In this document: positions 5,110-6,353 of the stretch, one piece after another
How positions within the stretch are numbered: position 1 is the stretch's first letter
How the letters are laid out: each line of letters begins with the position of its first letter
Origin: a virus
Length of the DNA: 6,353 nucleotides
IMG/VR virus record: IMGVR_UViG_3300045988_000031
Span: 1 to 6,353 of that record
Reading direction: 5' to 3' (one strand)
Notes under the pieces: generated by a model
What the model saw: only the letters and a program-made list of their open reading frames with translations
The model's database searches: none
Told to the model about the DNA's origin: nothing
Position numbers and translations under genes: made by a program

Positions 5110-6353
5110 TCAATACGGCATTCCAGAATAATCTAAATTACGAACTACTTTCACATCAAATGCACAATTAATCAAAAATGGATCTGTATCCCATTTTGAA
5201 TCGGCATTCACTTGAAAAATGCTATCAAGTATAGAAGGATTCACCTTGAAAAAATTATAAGTAAATTTAGGAGAACCCAACACAACAGTTTCCAGCATAC
5301 TCTTCCAAAGAGCAGGAGTAATAGGGGCAACCCATTCTTTTTCGGTGGTAGTAAATGCGCCTAACACATAGTCATACGAAGTCTTCCAATTATAATACCT
5401 AGGAAGATAACCCATGGTAAAATCAGGAGTAGCAACACCAGTTTGAAGCTCCAAATTGCTATTAGAATACAAAGACAAAGGAATAGACTGCATACCAATA
5501 GAATCGAGTTCAGGAATAGGCAAATCCGTATTCTGAGTAACAAAAAATTGCGGATCAGGAGCAGAAGAAACATAATCCAATAAAGGGACATTATGATAAA
5601 TACACATTAAAACACCCCAATCGCGAGCCTCAAATTTTTCACTACCTTGAGAAGAACCTACACCCTTACCGGCTATAACAGCCTCAGACTGAATATCACC
5701 AACTTGAAGATTAGTATTAACAACCTCAGATATATCAAGAGATGAAGAATCACCACCGACATAAGTAGACATGCCAGACATATTCTCACCAACATCAACA
5801 CCAAAATGAGCCTTAATCTGTGCACGATAATTTTGAGGAACATTTAAAGAAATTTCCTTCCAACGTTGGAGAGCCTCACCACGACGAAGTGCAAGTACAT
5901 CAAATGAAGAAGCCAAAGAAGTAGAATCCAAACGAGCCTTCAACACAGAATTAGCGGGTATTGTAGAAGTATTAGGATCGTCAACAGTAATTTCAGTATG
6001 AGAATTTGCAGTACCAAGAGCCGCATAAGTCTTCACAGGACGATAAGAAGCACCAGAGGAAGAACCTAATACAACCTCAGCAGAAGCAGCACCAGAAATA
6101 ACACCTACATCAATAGATGCTACATCACCATATTGAGCATCCGGAAGAACACCCATGAGCATATCCTTATTCCAATTACAATACTCAAGATCAAATATAG
6201 TATTGTTATTCCAATAAGTATCACTGGCAGCAGGGATAGTAAAAAACAATTGTTGTTGAGTACCCGTATAGTAATCTATATTCCACAAATACGGACTGGA
6301 AGTCTGCCACTGAGAATAGCGGAAATAATCCTGACAAAATTTCTTATATGCCA
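5110..6353 (-). CDS. VP1: Major capsid protein VP1, 3' part (6299..6353 duplicates 1..55)
   Basis: The track ORF 5110..6288 begins at a TTG shown as M, and the frame stays open upstream to the window end. It contains the conserved capsid block FDVLALRRGEALQRWKEISL...YRAQIKAHFGVDVGENMSGMSTYVGG. The stop is TGA at 5112..5110. Confidence 0.93.
   Translation of the reverse strand, partial: AYKKFCQDYFRYSQWQTSSPYLWNIDYYTGTQQQLFFTIPAASDTYWNNNTIFDLEYCNWNKDMLMGVLPDAQYGDVASIDVGVISGAASAEVVLGSSSGASYRPVKTYAALGTANSHTEITVDDPNTSTIPANSVLKARLDSTSLASSFDVLALRRGEALQRWKEISLNVPQNYRAQIKAHFGVDVGENMSGMSTYVGGDSSSLDISEVVNTNLQVGDIQSEAVIAGKGVGSSQGSEKFEARDWGVLMCIYHNVPLLDYVSSAPDPQFFVTQNTDLPIPELDSIGMQSIPLSLYSNSNLELQTGVATPDFTMGYLPRYYNWKTSYDYVLGAFTTTEKEWVAPITPALWKSMLETVVLGSPKFTYNFFKVNPSILDSIFQVNADSKWDTDPFLINCAFDVKVVRNLDYSGMPY
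6299..6353. repeat. Terminal direct repeat, copy 2 (duplicate of 1..55)
   Basis: Exact 55-nt identity with 1..55. This is the usual signature of a circular contig or a window cut slightly longer than one genome unit. Confidence 0.95.

Noticed and set aside
3354-5591. Short minus-strand +1-frame ORFs 3354..3611, 3621..3812, 4008..4253 and 5361..5591
   Set aside because: At 63-85 codons they match the background length for the +1 frame of T3-biased genes. 3354..3611 also runs through the terminator and non-coding hairpins.
6286-6288. The capsid start given by the ORF track at 6288
   Set aside because: The codon is TTG and the frame is open upstream through the junction to the ATG at 620, which yields a canonical capsid N-terminus.
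1-6353. A search for tRNA, rRNA, CRISPR repeats, integrase or transposase genes, and stop-codon reassignment
   Set aside because: I saw no cloverleaf-like or spaced repeat structures. All large ORFs are accounted for by microvirus genes. TAA, TAG and TGA each terminate at least one well-supported gene.

Overview
The window is one complete, circularly permuted Microviridae (ssDNA phage) genome. Bases 1..55 are identical to 6299..6353, so the unit length is 6298 nt. All supportable genes are on the minus strand, tightly packed, and use T-ending codons. In transcription order they are: a Bacteroidetes-type promoter (~3310..3341), two small ORFans (3277..3071, 3062..2799), and a 235-nt untranslated gap. 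Next come an unusually large rolling-circle Rep VP4 (2563..842, 573 aa) and a 67-aa single-TM protein (827..624). The major capsid protein VP1 follows; it starts at 620, crosses the circular junction and ends at 5110 (602 aa), and its 5' part is missing from the ORF track. Last are a 147-aa possible scaffold protein (5108..4665), the VP2 pilot/minor capsid protein (4662..3538) and a rho-independent terminator (3509..3471). Gene order, protein sizes and the promoter type tentatively suggest an Alpavirinae-like, Bacteroidetes-infecting microvirus. TAA, TAG and TGA all terminate genes, so there is no sign of recoding. I found no tRNA, CRISPR array, transposase or integrase. The points worth a second look are: a 289-codon ORF in the +1 frame inside VP4, two candidate lysis proteins, the ORFan pair, the enlarged Rep, and hairpins plus a dif-like palindrome in the main non-coding region. 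All functional calls rest on motif recognition by eye; no searches were run.
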